IMG/VR virus record: IMGVR_UViG_3300017766_003987
Coordinates: 1-64,000 of that record
Reading direction: 5' to 3' (one strand)
DNA: 64,000 nucleotides
From: a virus
This document shows positions 1 to 9,792 of the stretch, piece after piece (the stretch's first letter is position 1; every line of letters begins with the position of its first letter). Made by a program: the position numbers and the translations under genes. Below the pieces are notes generated by a model, which searched no databases, was not told where the DNA came from, and saw nothing but the letters and a program-made list of their open reading frames with translations.

Positions 1-55
1 AGGGGAAGTCGCCGATGCCCAAATATCGAGTTTGGATTCTAATGATTGCCCCCCA

Positions 56-360
56 CACCTATTAGGATGCCACCCATTAGGATGCTACCTATTGCCAGAG
101 GCACTTATTAGGATGCTGCTCATTGCCTATGGCACTTATCAGCATGCAACCCTTTCATTTTTCAATGATCGATCTTTCATTCAGTGCTCTGCTACTTATC
201 GGTCAACAGATCGACCGTTAGCTTTGATGCTACTTATCGGTCAGCGTATCGACCGTTACAATGCCATTCTACCTATCGGTCACCCTATTGAATGCTAGCT
301 TCGATGCTACCTATCGGTCGACATTGTGAACGTCCACTGCTCTGCTACTTATCGTTCACC
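56..360. repeat. Left-end repeat array: GCTACYTATCGGTCA-type units at 191, 229, 268, 306, 344 (38-39 bp period), plus ATTAGGATGC and TGCC-N3-GGCA motifs
   Basis: Repeats read directly; no credible CDS. Confidence 0.85.
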
Positions 361-924
361 CTGTTGAACATGGCAGCATTGCTGTCGCATCCTCGGGCCC
401 AGCACCAGCGCAACGACCCGCAGCACATGCCAGCGTTTAGAACAAACGCTGCCCTAATTGCGCCCACGACGTTGCGCCGTACGACGAAATGACCCCACTC
501 AAGTATGCCCCACTACGTTGCCCACCCTGTCCCGTCGTACGGCGCACCCTATCGCCTTTTTATGTAACCTGTCCTGCCCTATCCCAACGCCTCGACCCCC
601 CATCAACCAGCGCAACGTGTCGCCCTGCCGTCGCCCTGTTCCCTGCCCACGCATTCACCCACCCTGCCCTGTTTCCCCTCGCCGTCGCACAATCGCACGC
701 CCAGCAGGGAACGCCCCTGTGACGCCCTGCAACGGGGCGACGTATCCCTACCCATCGAACCGACGATCCGTCACAGGGCGCATCCTGCTCGCCCTGTAAA
801 CGGCCCTGCCCAACCAGCTGGTCCCGTCGACCCTGAGCGCCTCTCCCAACGCCAGATCCCAGATGTCAATCGAATAATACGGCAAGCAGGATATTTCGTA
901 CTTTTCCCAAAAATCGACCAAATA

Positions 925-1095
925 TCGGTTGACACCATTTCGGCCTCCCAAGGCCCGGGCGACCAGCGGGCAATCCTTTCCCATCTGGGTCAACAACCCT
1001 TGCGCTGGGGGTCGAATCTTGACCTGCCCGGTCATGTCAGAAAATGGCGCAGCCTCGGTGTCTCATCCCGTGCCGTTGAGTGCGCGTCGTCATTA
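925..1095 (-). ncRNA. Putative small ncRNA, copy A (homologous to 10055-10175)
   Basis: Directly behind an early-type promoter (1101-1133), no RBS/ORF; about 70 nt align with copy B with a conserved TGAC/GGTCA hairpin; 3' end uncertain. Confidence 0.55.
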
Positions 1096-1182
1096 AAAGA
1101 AATATCCCACGCTTTCGCGCGGGACACAACCCCTTATCGGATTTTATTTTGCCGCTCGCCTTTAGACCGCCAAGGCGGGGGA

Positions 1183-1353
1183 TTATTCCCCCGTTTGGTT
1201 TTCGTAAGTTGCTTCCTGCCCACACCAGTAATAAACGCCGGCGATTGCTGCCTGAAGCGTCTTGAAATGCTTCTTATTGCCCGTGAACGTAAAGGTCACG
1301 GTGAACTTGTTGGTCTTGGACGTTTCGTTCTTGGTGATGATTGCGTTGGTCAT
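1183..1353 (-). CDS. Hypothetical early protein (56 aa, below ORF-track cutoff)
   Basis: GGGAGA RBS + ATG after promoter at 1381; MTNAIITKNETSK...GE*. Confidence 0.7.
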   Translation of the reverse strand: MTNAIITKNETSKTNKFTVTFTFTGNKKHFKTLQAAIAGVYYWCGQEATYENQTGE

Positions 1354-1436
1354 TTGTCGTCTCCCGTTTGCGTTGATTTGTTATCCCATCCTCGAGCAGG
1401 ACGGGCAACCGAAATCGGATGCCCCGTGACGATTTT

Positions 1437-1685
1437 TCAAACATACAAACCGGCGCGAATTGCGGCGATCATGCTGGTGCAGGGGTGATACGTATCGCCC
1501 AGAATCTCGGGCGCGTAAACGAACCATTCCCTTGCCGATCCTCCCGATTGCGTGCCGCCGATGACCTGGAACGTGCGGTCGGGGCCCTGCAACGTCACCG
1601 TGAAGCGCCCATTGCTGACCTGCTCGACCGTCACGGCGTCGCAGTCAAGGAAATATGTGTGCCGACGCAGTTTGAGGATTGCCAT
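1437..1685 (-). CDS. Hypothetical early protein
   Basis: ORF with RBS, coupled to upstream gene. Confidence 0.7.
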   Translation of the reverse strand: MAILKLRRHTYFLDCDAVTVEQVSNGRFTVTLQGPDRTFQVIGGTQSGGSAREWFVYAPEILGDTYHPCTSMIAAIRAGLYV

Positions 1686-1686
1686 T

Positions 1687-1845
1687 TCAATTCCCCTTCT
1701 TGCGGAACACCTCGGCGGTCACGCCAAGGGAGTTGACGAGATAGGCCGCTTCGCGCTTGAGCGTCGCAACGTTAGCGGGGCAATCCAGCAGGGCGTCGCC
1801 GACCTGTTCCCAAGCGCCGTTTTTGAGGATGAACACTGCGATCAT
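1687..1845 (-). CDS. Hypothetical early protein (52 aa)
   Basis: Cassette promoter + AAAGGG RBS; MIAVFILKNGAW... Confidence 0.7.
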   Translation of the reverse strand: MIAVFILKNGAWEQVGDALLDCPANVATLKREAAYLVNSLGVTAEVFRKKGN

Positions 1846-1908
1846 TTTTCAGGCCCTTTCGTTTCAACAGGATTGTTATCCCACGACCTGCCGCAGGAGG
1901 CAACCCCC

Positions 1909-2109
1909 TTAAACGAACCAGCGCCAAGTAATATCGTAACCAATCATGATGGCGACCGGCATCAGGATCGCAAGGGCAGCGACGAAGCCCGCGATCAATT
2001 GCGCCCAAGCGCCCATTTCTTCAAGACGACGAATGCGGTCACGGCGCGCGTGGCACGCGGCCTGCTTGCGGCGAAGGTTGGCGATAGGGGCGTAGGAGGA
2101 GGTGGTCAT
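1909..2109 (-). CDS. Hypothetical early membrane protein
   Basis: Cassette RBS; C-terminal hydrophobic helix. Confidence 0.7.
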   Translation of the reverse strand: MTTSSYAPIANLRRKQAACHARRDRIRRLEEMGAWAQLIAGFVAALAILMPVAIMIGYDITWRWFV

Positions 2110-2175
2110 TTCGGGGGTTCCTTTCGTTTCAACAAATAAAACATCCCACACCGAAGCGTGGGATGCAACCCCTAT

Positions 2176-2448
2176 TCAGACGATATTTTCAAGGGATGCC
2201 GCACGAATGTGCTGCAGGGCGTTAACGACGATGCGCCGTTCCACAATCGAGCGTCGCCCATCGATGAGTGAGGCGAGAACGCGCATGCTGGGCAAATTCG
2301 GGGCGACCCATGCGCCCTCGGTCACGTACGCCGTCACGTTGCGCATGGGGTCGGAATACCAGCGTTGCTGCGTTCCCTGCTGCGACCATTGCGACACGGT
2401 ACGGGTGGCAGCCTTGAGACGCTGAATTTCGGTTTGTGCGAAGTTCAT
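2176..2448 (-). CDS. Hypothetical early protein
   Basis: GAGG RBS, ORF. Confidence 0.7.
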   Translation of the reverse strand: MNFAQTEIQRLKAATRTVSQWSQQGTQQRWYSDPMRNVTAYVTEGAWVAPNLPSMRVLASLIDGRRSIVERRIVVNALQHIRAASLENIV

Positions 2449-2452
2449 TTTG

Positions 2453-2662
2453 TCAACCTCTCGTTTCGGTTTTCACAGAGACGACCATGTCGAACCCCAG
2501 ATCAGGGATACAGGCAAAATCGCCCCGGTTCTCGCTCGACGTGAGCACATATGCGCAATCCTCGGCGGTCAATCCGAAGTCGACCTGCTGCGCCTCGACC
2601 GATCCCGACGGGGAGGTCACAAGGGCGATTAGGATGTAGGCGGTGGCGGAGGTCATCGGCAT
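2453..2662 (-). CDS. Hypothetical early protein
   Basis: Cassette promoter and RBS. Confidence 0.65.
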   Translation of the reverse strand: MPMTSATAYILIALVTSPSGSVEAQQVDFGLTAEDCAYVLTSSENRGDFACIPDLGFDMVVSVKTETRG

Positions 2663-2729
2663 TTCCCTTTCGTTTTTCAACACAAGGAACATCCCATGCT
2701 TTCGCACGGGATGCAACCTGTATTCGGAA

Positions 2730-3053
2730 TTATTTCAGCGCCTCGACCCGGGCAACGTGGTCGAGCATCTCGGCAATGTACCCTTTTGCCTCGGCATATT
2801 CATTGGGGGTCATGTCGAGCGCCCACGGGGCGGCATTGCGCTCGGGATATCCGTCGCGGGGTGCGTCGAGCAGAGCGGTGCACATTTCGCAAATGTCGCG
2901 AATGGTGGGCGCTGCAAGCAACATATACATCCAGGCGAGATCGGACGTGTTGAGCGTGCGAAGCAGCAACAGGGCGTTGCGCTCGGTCATTTCGCGATTA
3001 AGGTCGGCGAGCATGGGCAGGGCGAGAGTCGAGTTTTTTGCGTAGGAGGTCAT
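2730..3053 (-). CDS. Hypothetical early protein
   Basis: Cassette promoter and RBS, start MTSYAKN. Confidence 0.75.
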   Translation of the reverse strand: MTSYAKNSTLALPMLADLNREMTERNALLLLRTLNTSDLAWMYMLLAAPTIRDICEMCTALLDAPRDGYPERNAAPWALDMTPNEYAEAKGYIAEMLDHVARVEALK

Positions 3054-3194
3054 TTGCGTTACCTTTCGTTTCGACACACAATGTATCCCACAACCAGCAC
3101 GCAGATGCAACCTCCCTATCGCAAAATAATAGGGCAGCGAATGTGCCCTATCGCCAGGTCGCTGCTTCCCCTCGACCACAGGGGGATGCCGTTG

Positions 3195-3461
3195 TCAAAC
3201 CCCTTTACCCATCCAATCGCCCATTGCGTCGCCCATGCCCATCCCAGCGTCAAACGCCTCATGCCGGCGACCAGCAGGGAACGGGTTTGCGATGGGTCGA
3301 CGGCGATACATGGCATTGCCCTCGCCCCAGTCGTAAGCGTCGCGCACCGCGTCGCCCTGTGCCTTGCGCCAATGCCGTTTCTCACGGCGAGGGTGCGGAT
3401 ACCCGTATTCAAGGCGAGCCCGCGTGACAGCGGCGCGGTGGCGTTCAGAACGTTTCGTCAT
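3195..3461 (-). CDS. Hypothetical early protein
   Basis: GGAG RBS, ORF. Confidence 0.65.
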   Translation of the reverse strand: MTKRSERHRAAVTRARLEYGYPHPRREKRHWRKAQGDAVRDAYDWGEGNAMYRRRPIANPFPAGRRHEAFDAGMGMGDAMGDWMGKGV

Positions 3462-3464
3462 TTG

Positions 3465-3656
3465 TCAACTCCAAATCCAAACGGTGTAATTATCGCGGGT
3501 GTCGATTTTGGCGTCCTCGCCATATGCCTTGACAAGGTCGGCGCGAACCGTATCGGGCAAATCCCCGTCTTCGTCATCCTCGTCCCATAGGGGCGCTTCA
3601 AAGGCGCATTCGAAGTATCCGTCTTCGCTTCGGTCGTATTCGATCCAATTCGGCAT
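3465..3656 (-). CDS. Small acidic early protein
   Basis: RBS; D/E-rich. Confidence 0.7.
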   Translation of the reverse strand: MPNWIEYDRSEDGYFECAFEAPLWDEDDEDGDLPDTVRADLVKAYGEDAKIDTRDNYTVWIWS

Positions 3657-3668
3657 TGTCAACCCCCT

Positions 3669-3887
3669 TTAGGACAGAATTGCACCATGGAACCACCCAT
3701 GCGGTCCCATGCGCTGATATTGCACCACGACGAACCCACCGGGGTGATCCGCCTCGACCTTGTCACGCTGGGCCCGAGCGTCGTCCATCATTTTGACATA
3801 GGTGGGGTAAACGGCGACGAAGACGGGGTCGCCGTTGACCATTACGTTCAGTTTGCATTCGGGGGAGGTGGAGGTCGGTTCGCACAT
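3669..3887 (-). CDS. Hypothetical early protein
   Basis: Cassette promoter and RBS. Confidence 0.7.
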   Translation of the reverse strand: MCEPTSTSPECKLNVMVNGDPVFVAVYPTYVKMMDDARAQRDKVEADHPGGFVVVQYQRMGPHGWFHGAILS

Positions 3888-3952
3888 TTGGGATGCCTTT
3901 CGTTTCGTTGATTTGTTATCCCATGACCCGACCGAGGATGCAACCCCTCAAA

Positions 3953-4249
3953 TCAATAATTCACCTCCCAAACGCGGATTTTCCCGACCGTATCGTTGCG
4001 CGAGCGCAGCACGCCTTTGGCGACGAGCAGGGACAACGCCTTGCGAATATCGTCCTCCCGCTCAATCGACCAATCGTACCCATCAATGGCACACACCAGC
4101 GTTGCAATGCGCGACAGCGGCAGGGCGGCGCTAGGGAGGGCGAGGAACGTTGCCCGTATCGCATAGGCGAACCGACGGTCGGTCGGCACGAATGCGAAGC
4201 AATTGGCGACCTTTTGGTGCAGGTCGAGATTCGGGGAGAACGTGGTCAT
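3953..4249 (-). CDS. Hypothetical early protein (possible winged helix)
   Basis: RBS; DIRKALSLLVAKGVL resembles a wHTH C-terminus. Confidence 0.7.
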   Translation of the reverse strand: MTTFSPNLDLHQKVANCFAFVPTDRRFAYAIRATFLALPSAALPLSRIATLVCAIDGYDWSIEREDDIRKALSLLVAKGVLRSRNDTVGKIRVWEVNY

Positions 4250-4380
4250 TTGCGGGATTCCTTTGCAAGGGCGCGAAGACGCGCCAGGTCGACGCGAGCG
4301 GCGTCATATTCGGCAACGTTCAAAGGATCGGCGGCAATGAACCTTTTGCGGGCATTTTCGATTTGATCGGCGAGGGTCAT
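4246..4380 (-). CDS. Hypothetical early protein
   Basis: Cassette promoter and RBS; ATGA overlap with next gene. Confidence 0.65.
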   Translation of the reverse strand: MTLADQIENARKRFIAADPLNVAEYDAARVDLARLRALAKESRK

Positions 4381-4440
4381 TTTGCGGGGTTCCTTATTTC
4401 GATGAAAAATCATCCCACGACCGAGCAGGGGATGCAACCC

Positions 4441-4647
4441 CTATTCGGTCATTTCCGCCTGCCGTTCCCACGCCTCGGCGCGGCGGGTCATGTTCGCGAC
4501 ATCCCGGGCGGCGAGCGATCCCGAGCGAGGGGAGCCGCCTGGATACAGGGCGATTGCCTTGCGCATGTGCCCGGCTGCCTCGGCCCATTGCAAGGCGTCG
4601 GCGCATTCCCGGGCGAGGGCGCGATGGAGGGCGGTCGTTTCGGTCAT
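4441..4647 (-). CDS. Hypothetical early protein
   Basis: Cassette promoter, GAGGTG RBS. Confidence 0.7.
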   Translation of the reverse strand: MTETTALHRALARECADALQWAEAAGHMRKAIALYPGGSPRSGSLAARDVANMTRRAEAWERQAEMTE

Positions 4648-4674
4648 TTCGTCACCTCGTTTGTTGACGCCTTG

Positions 4675-4920
4675 TTATCCCATAACCGGGGCGAAGACGC
4701 AACCCTCTTGGTCGGGGTGCAGGCGATGCACGGGGCGGGGTGCGTGCTCATCGATCCCATCTATGCCCAGCGAGGTCATGTATTCGATGTTGCGCACGTT
4801 CGGCGCAGCGTCCTCCCATAACGGGTAGGAAATGCCGACCATGGGCCCGAGATTGCCGATGTAGGCGGTGCGGGGTTCGACAAACACCGTCACACGGGAT
4901 GCTTCGAAGCGATGGGTCAT
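4675..4920 (-). CDS. Hypothetical early protein
   Basis: Cassette promoter and RBS. Confidence 0.7.
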   Translation of the reverse strand: MTHRFEASRVTVFVEPRTAYIGNLGPMVGISYPLWEDAAPNVRNIEYMTSLGIDGIDEHAPRPVHRLHPDQEGCVFAPVMG

Positions 4921-4985
4921 TTGCAGGGGGTTCCTTGTTTCGACAAAAATACAATCCCATAACCGGCAGGGGGATGCAACCCCCA

Positions 4986-5231
4986 TTAAGCGAGATCGGC
5001 ATTTTCCTTGAGCCAGGCGACCGCTTCGTTGAAGCGATTGCGCGATGCCTGGTGGTGCAGGTCGAGTTCGACCGCAGCGTCGGCGAATTCCCTGCTGGTT
5101 GCATCGGGGAAATCGAGCAGGACGGCGCTCGCCGCGCAACGCATGGCGTTGGCAAGGGTTTCGTCGCCCGCCTGATAAAAGCGCAGATCGTTCTCGATCA
5201 AGGCGACGATTGCGTCATGGCGGTCGGTCAT
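4986..5231 (-). CDS. Hypothetical early protein
   Basis: Cassette promoter and RBS. Confidence 0.75.
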   Translation of the reverse strand: MTDRHDAIVALIENDLRFYQAGDETLANAMRCAASAVLLDFPDATSREFADAAVELDLHHQASRNRFNEAVAWLKENADLA

Positions 5232-5301
5232 TTGTGTTCTCCCTTTCAACACAAATGTTATCCCACAAACGGGTCGCGACAGCAACCGAGAATCGGATGT
5301 T

Positions 5302-5622
5302 TCAGCGAAAATATGCCGCTCGTTCGCCCCATTTTCGCTCAATGGCGACCCGGGCGCTGGGGTATGCTTCGTACGCCTCGGCATCCTTGACAAAATCGTG
5401 ATCGGTCGTCTCGCGCACCCAGTGCAGGCGCTCGCCGGGGGTCATCGAAGCAGCATCGCCGAGGGCGACCCGTTCACGGCGGGCAATTTCGTCCTCCATG
5501 GCAACCGCCTTGGCATCGGTCATCGTTTCGGACGTGCCGTCGAGATAGGCAGCGATTTTGCCCAGCATGTCGGCAGTCGTGTAACCGGGGAAGGCGGCGG
5601 TGGGAAATGCGGAGTCGGACAT
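5302..5622 (-). CDS. Hypothetical early protein
   Basis: Cassette promoter and RBS. Confidence 0.75.
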   Translation of the reverse strand: MSDSAFPTAAFPGYTTADMLGKIAAYLDGTSETMTDAKAVAMEDEIARRERVALGDAASMTPGERLHWVRETTDHDFVKDAEAYEAYPSARVAIERKWGERAAYFR

Positions 5623-5707
5623 TTGGGGGTTCCTTTCGTTCAACACAAATGTTATCCCACAAGGGCGAGACAGAGGCAACCGGGAATCGGTCGCCCCTGC
5701 GATGTTT

Positions 5708-6196
5708 TTACGCGCCCTGCTGTGCCTTTCCCCACTTGTAAAACTGGGTGCTGGCAGTCGACTTATCGACGCCAAGGGCGACGCAAGCGGCAATCACGTC
5801 CTTGCGGGCAGCGCCGATCATCTCGCCGGCGATGCGCCAAACGACCTTGACAGGCGATTCCACGGTCGAGCGCGGGCGAACGGGCGACGGGGCGGCAGGG
5901 TCTCGCCATGCGGCGGGATCGAGAGGTTGCACGACCCAACCAGCGGGCACGTCGCCGGGGATGTCGGCGAGGGCGCAGGTCACGACCGCACAAGGGGCGA
6001 GGCGTCCGCCCTCGATAATCGCCCATTCGACGTGGTGCACGCATTCGGCATGACCCCACTCGAGATCCCCGGTGGGCAGGCCAAGGTCGACCTCCCGCGC
6101 GTACCACAGGGACATCTTCAGGTCAAAGTAGGTCGTGAAATTCGACCACTTGGCGGAGGCAGCGGCGACGGCGGAGGCGCGGGTGATGTGGGGCAT
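5708..6196 (-). CDS. Early protein with C-terminal putative HTH (TASTQFYKW family); paralog of 35503-36036
   Basis: Shared HHVEW, PCxVVTC and ESPVKVVWRxAxEM...KSTASTQxYKW motifs. Confidence 0.8.
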   Translation of the reverse strand: MPHITRASAVAAASAKWSNFTTYFDLKMSLWYAREVDLGLPTGDLEWGHAECVHHVEWAIIEGGRLAPCAVVTCALADIPGDVPAGWVVQPLDPAAWRDPAAPSPVRPRSTVESPVKVVWRIAGEMIGAARKDVIAACVALGVDKSTASTQFYKWGKAQQGA

Positions 6197-6276
6197 TTGG
6201 GGTTCCTTTGTTTTCGTCGTTTTCGACAATCAATGTATCCCATGCTTGGGCACGGGATACAACTGAAATCGGATTG

Positions 6277-6456
6277 TTAATCGCCGAAATTCGCTCCCTC
6301 TTCCTTCACCCGTACGGCATGCGCCGTGACCAGCGCAAGCGCCTCCTGCTGCCGGTCATATTCGTCTTCTTGCTCGTTCATTTCAGCATCGCGCTTGTCA
6401 AGCGCGTTTTCCTCGGCAAGGGACAGAACGAGGGCGAGGGCGTCATTAAGGGTCAT
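6277..6456 (-). CDS. Small acidic early protein
   Basis: Cassette promoter and RBS. Confidence 0.7.
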   Translation of the reverse strand: MTLNDALALVLSLAEENALDKRDAEMNEQEDEYDRQQEALALVTAHAVRVKEEGANFGD

Positions 6457-6535
6457 TTTCAGGGGTTCCTTGTGTTTGCGTTTCGATGAATGACCATCCC
6501 ACGATTGACGCGGGATGGCAACCGGCAAGATGCGA

Positions 6536-6742
6536 TTATTTCGCTTTCATGCCCGCTTCGTACGCCATCACCATGAGCACGTGAAGCGTCGAGCGTGACA
6601 CGCTGGCAAAATCAAGAGAATCGCTGCGCTGGTCGATAAAATCGGTCAGCACATCCCCGTTCTCGTTGCGCACCTTGACATCCCGCAGAATGCCGCGAAG
6701 CACGCGATCCCGTTCGTGACGCTGCAGTTCGTTCATTGCCAT
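6536..6742 (-). CDS. Hypothetical early protein
   Basis: Cassette promoter and RBS. Confidence 0.7.
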   Translation of the reverse strand: MAMNELQRHERDRVLRGILRDVKVRNENGDVLTDFIDQRSDSLDFASVSRSTLHVLMVMAYEAGMKAK

Positions 6743-6802
6743 TTGCATTTCCTTTCGTTTCAACACAAATGTTGTCCCATGACTGGCGACGAGATGCAAC
6801 CC

Positions 6803-7045
6803 CTATTCGACCCAATCGGGTTCTTTTTCGTGCAACAAAAACGCCTTGCAGTCGTTCGATAGGGCGACCGCGGCGGGCCCGTCGTCCTGCTCAGGGCAAT
6901 CCATATCGACAAGGTCGCCCGTCACAGGATCGAATTCGAACCAGTAGGCACGCGTCGCCCTGAGCGTCGAGCAAGGGAAAACGCGATTGAACGCGGCGAC
7001 CTCGGCACGTGCAACCAGCACCTTGCGCCCATTGAGAATTTGCAT
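6803..7045 (-). CDS. Hypothetical early protein
   Basis: RBS, ORF. Confidence 0.7.
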   Translation of the reverse strand: MQILNGRKVLVARAEVAAFNRVFPCSTLRATRAYWFEFDPVTGDLVDMDCPEQDDGPAAVALSNDCKAFLLHEKEPDWVE

Positions 7046-7056
7046 TTGTCAATCCC

Positions 7057-7272
7057 TTAGTTGGTACGTACGCAGACGCCGGCATCGATGGCGTTTTGCA
7101 AGAATGTGTCGCACATGCGCGCTTCGGTCGCCTCGGAGGACGTTTGCCCCGTTTGAGCGCACAGTTTGCGATACAGGGTGAAGATCGCCGACCCGCCGCC
7201 CACCGGGGTGGTCACGGCGAGGGCGGACAGAATCAGGTCGAGTTCGCGGGGGTCGAGTTCGGGGAGGGTCAT
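7057..7272 (-). CDS. Hypothetical early protein
   Basis: Cassette promoter and RBS. Confidence 0.7.
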   Translation of the reverse strand: MTLPELDPRELDLILSALAVTTPVGGGSAIFTLYRKLCAQTGQTSSEATEARMCDTFLQNAIDAGVCVRTN

Positions 7273-7357
7273 TTCGTTTCGCCTTTCATTTCGATAACCC
7301 TTTGTCCCATATCTCGAGCAGACACACACTACAAATCGGATGCCTCGCCCAAAATAA

Positions 7358-7531
7358 TTAGGGCAGAGATGCTGCCCCTAAAACGCTATCAACCTCCCGG
7401 TTATGTTTGTCAACAATTTTTTGCACATCCTCGACTTTCGCGGGGTGCAATTCAGCGACCAGCGTCGCCTTGCCGGGCGTGCCATCGTCTTCGATGTAGA
7501 TGGCGCTGCCGCGCCTTTCCCAGTATTCCAT
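7358..7531 (-). CDS. Hypothetical early protein (57 aa)
   Basis: AAGGGG RBS; MEYWERRG...LP*. Confidence 0.6.
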   Translation of the reverse strand: MEYWERRGSAIYIEDDGTPGKATLVAELHPAKVEDVQKIVDKHNREVDSVLGAASLP

Positions 7532-7589
7532 TTGTCAACCCCTTTCAAGGGCGAGATGGGGAGGGGATCATTCCCCTCCCTGTTGCCGG

Positions 7590-7874
7590 TTACATCGAGT
7601 GATAGGTTTCGCTCGACGGGTCGAGGTAGAGCGGGGTGTCGCGGTCGATCCAGAACCAGCCCGATTCCGTGCGATTGAGGAGGTTCTGCTTGCGAACCAT
7701 TTCGACGGCGCGAACCTCAAATGCCGCCTTGACGCGGCGATCCTCGGTCGTGCGGATCGCCTTGAATTTCAGCGCCTCGCCGTCAGCGCCCTTGAGCCCC
7801 GTGCGGGCCGCCTGCTCGTTCAGATGGGCGACGATTGCGGTGGCGACTTCGATGGTCAGGAGGGGGTGGGTCAT
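7590..7874 (-). CDS. Hypothetical early protein
   Basis: Cassette promoter and RBS. Confidence 0.75.
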   Translation of the reverse strand: MTHPLLTIEVATAIVAHLNEQAARTGLKGADGEALKFKAIRTTEDRRVKAAFEVRAVEMVRKQNLLNRTESGWFWIDRDTPLYLDPSSETYHSM

Positions 7875-7964
7875 TTGCGGGGTTCCTTGTGTGTGTTTGT
7901 TTCGACACCCTGTTATCGCAAATCTCGACGGGGGAAGCAACCCCCATCGAGACGATTTTTGATT

Positions 7965-8309
7965 TTATTTCCTCCCTGAAGCGAGCAGCGCCGAACGGGT
8001 CGCCGCTTCGATATCGTCGGCGGGGTTCGCCTTCAACCCCGCGCCCTGATATACATGCCGACGGCAGGCAACGACCTCGGTCAGATCCCACAACATGATA
8101 TCGCAGAATTTGGCAAGGTCGGTCGGGCGGATTGTGAACTCGATGGTCATGGGCACGCCCTGCCCATCGCTGAAGTCGGGGTTCAGGCAAGCGATGCCGT
8201 ACCAGCAGGAAACCTGACCGTTGGTGTCAACATCCACAATCAGATTGACCGTTGACATCTCGAATTCGCGGAAGGCGGCGAGGAATGCTTCGGCGACGGG
8301 GGTGCTCAT
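7965..8309 (-). CDS. Hypothetical early protein
   Basis: Cassette promoter and RBS. Confidence 0.75.
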   Translation of the reverse strand: MSTPVAEAFLAAFREFEMSTVNLIVDVDTNGQVSCWYGIACLNPDFSDGQGVPMTIEFTIRPTDLAKFCDIMLWDLTEVVACRRHVYQGAGLKANPADDIEAATRSALLASGRK

Positions 8310-8442
8310 TTGTGTGTTCCCTTTCGTTTGAACAAAAACACAATCCCACGACCTCGAGCAGGAGGCAACCGACGAGATGCGTTTTTGTTGAAAATAAAGG
8401 GGCAGAAGGGGTGCCCTATTTCGGACACCCCTTGCCGTCGGT

Positions 8443-8940
8443 TCAGGCGACCACAGGGGGAGCGACCTCGACCGGGGCGGCGTTTGCGGGGTTCGACGCC
8501 GCCGCCTTGCGAAGGGCGAACCACTTCTGATACTGGGTGCGCGCCGTCGCGAAATTGACGCCGTGATCTTCGACAAGGGCGAGCATGGCGTCCTTGCGCT
8601 TCATGTCGGCGTTGGCGTTGAGGAACCCATGCACGAACGCCAAGGGGGATTCGACCTTTGACGGCACATATTTCGGCATCTGCTTGTAGAGGTTGCGCTT
8701 CGTCACGGGGGCGACCTCGGCGACGGGGAGATCCTTGCTCGCCTCGGCGAGGGCGGCGGCCTCAGCGGCGATTGCCGCGGCGGCATCGAGATCGGCGAAC
8801 ATGTCGGCGACCGAAGCGGCGTATTCGGATTCGTACGCAGCGAGCGGGGCAGCGTGACGACCGGCGCGCCAATCGGCGAAGGGGGCGAGATTGTTCAGGG
8901 CGCGGAAGGCGTTCAGCGAGACGAGGTTCAGGTTGGTCAT
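8443..8940 (-). CDS. Early protein with C-terminal putative HTH (TARTQYQKW); paralog of 62009-62656
   Basis: Shared N-terminal LNAFR..PFADxR..RHA and C-terminal SKxESP...TARTQYQKWFA. Confidence 0.8.
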   Translation of the reverse strand: MTNLNLVSLNAFRALNNLAPFADWRAGRHAAPLAAYESEYAASVADMFADLDAAAAIAAEAAALAEASKDLPVAEVAPVTKRNLYKQMPKYVPSKVESPLAFVHGFLNANADMKRKDAMLALVEDHGVNFATARTQYQKWFALRKAAASNPANAAPVEVAPPVVA

Positions 8941-9180
8941 TTCAGGGGTTCCTTGTGTGTGTTTTGCGTCGTTTCGTTTCGACAGGTTTGTTATCCGACA
9001 TCCCGCAAAAGCATGCAACTGAAAAAGCGCTGGCGGCGACGATTTTTATAGGGCAAGCATCCTGCCCTAAGTCGCAGTCAATATAATGGGCGAAAAATTC
9101 GCACAAAACGACCAATTCTCGGTTGCCGCCTGAGCGAGGATGTGGGAGGGTGTTTGTGTTGAAACGAAAGGGAAAACGAA

Positions 9181-9405
9181 ATGATGAAACGAATTGAAAA
9201 CGCCGCCGACCTCGACACGCTGGTCGGCGCTGCCGCCGAAACGGGCATCGGGGTCGCCCTGCTGATGATCCTTGTGGGCGACGTTGTGCTGGTCGGCGTG
9301 CCGCTGATCGGCGTGTATCTCGACGGGCGCTTCGACGTTGCCCTACCCACCTCAACCGGCGAGATCGTCACGTTCGACTTCGCCAAGGTCGAGGTGTTCG
9401 CATGA
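9181..9405 (+). CDS. Hypothetical early protein
   Basis: Divergent cassette promoter at 9121 and RBS. Confidence 0.7.
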   Translation: MMKRIENAADLDTLVGAAAETGIGVALLMILVGDVVLVGVPLIGVYLDGRFDVALPTSTGEIVTFDFAKVEVFA

Positions 9406-9710
9406 CCGTCGCTATCCTCACAACATACCTCCCTGTGACCAACCATCGGGGGTCACGCCTCAAGGCAACGACCATGCTGCCTCGCCCCGATGGGCAAAAG
9501 GTGAGCGTAACAGTCGGGCTATATGAGCTCCACGGTAACGACGCTGAAAAGCACGCCCAGGTCGCCAGGATGCTGGTCGAAAAACTCGGGTGGGCGGGTC
9601 GATGGGTCGGCGGCGATGCCGGCGGGGCGTCATATGTATTTGTCAAGGTGTTTTCCGACGTTCAGGCGCTCGGGTTCACAATCGACCCGCCTCCCTCGAC
9701 CAGCGAATAA
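9402..9710 (+). CDS. Hypothetical early protein
   Basis: ATGA overlap; TxYLPxTxxRGSR motif typical of small phage proteins. Confidence 0.7.
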   Translation: MTVAILTTYLPVTNHRGSRLKATTMLPRPDGQKVSVTVGLYELHGNDAEKHAQVARMLVEKLGWAGRWVGGDAGGASYVFVKVFSDVQALGFTIDPPPSTSE

Positions 9711-9792
9711 AAAGCGAGCAGGGCATCCGATTACGGGTGCCCTCTTCGTTTGGGTATGCGATAACAGGATATTGAAACGAAAGGGAAAACAA

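Noticed and set aside
191-358. CRISPR mini-array (regular 38-39 bp period; Cas4-like gene in the genome)
   Set aside because: Repeat is only about 15 bp and degenerate, spacers are about 23 bp and partly similar to each other, and there is no cas operon; the Cas4-like gene sits in the usual recombination module.
32-1035. ORFs in the first kilobase
   Set aside because: They translate repeat or low-complexity C-rich DNA, lack RBSs and have no protein-like composition.
1025-1045. Hammerhead core in the twin ncRNAs (CTGACATGA / CTGAGATGA)
   Set aside because: Spacing does not fit CUGANGA and no GAAA follows the hairpin.
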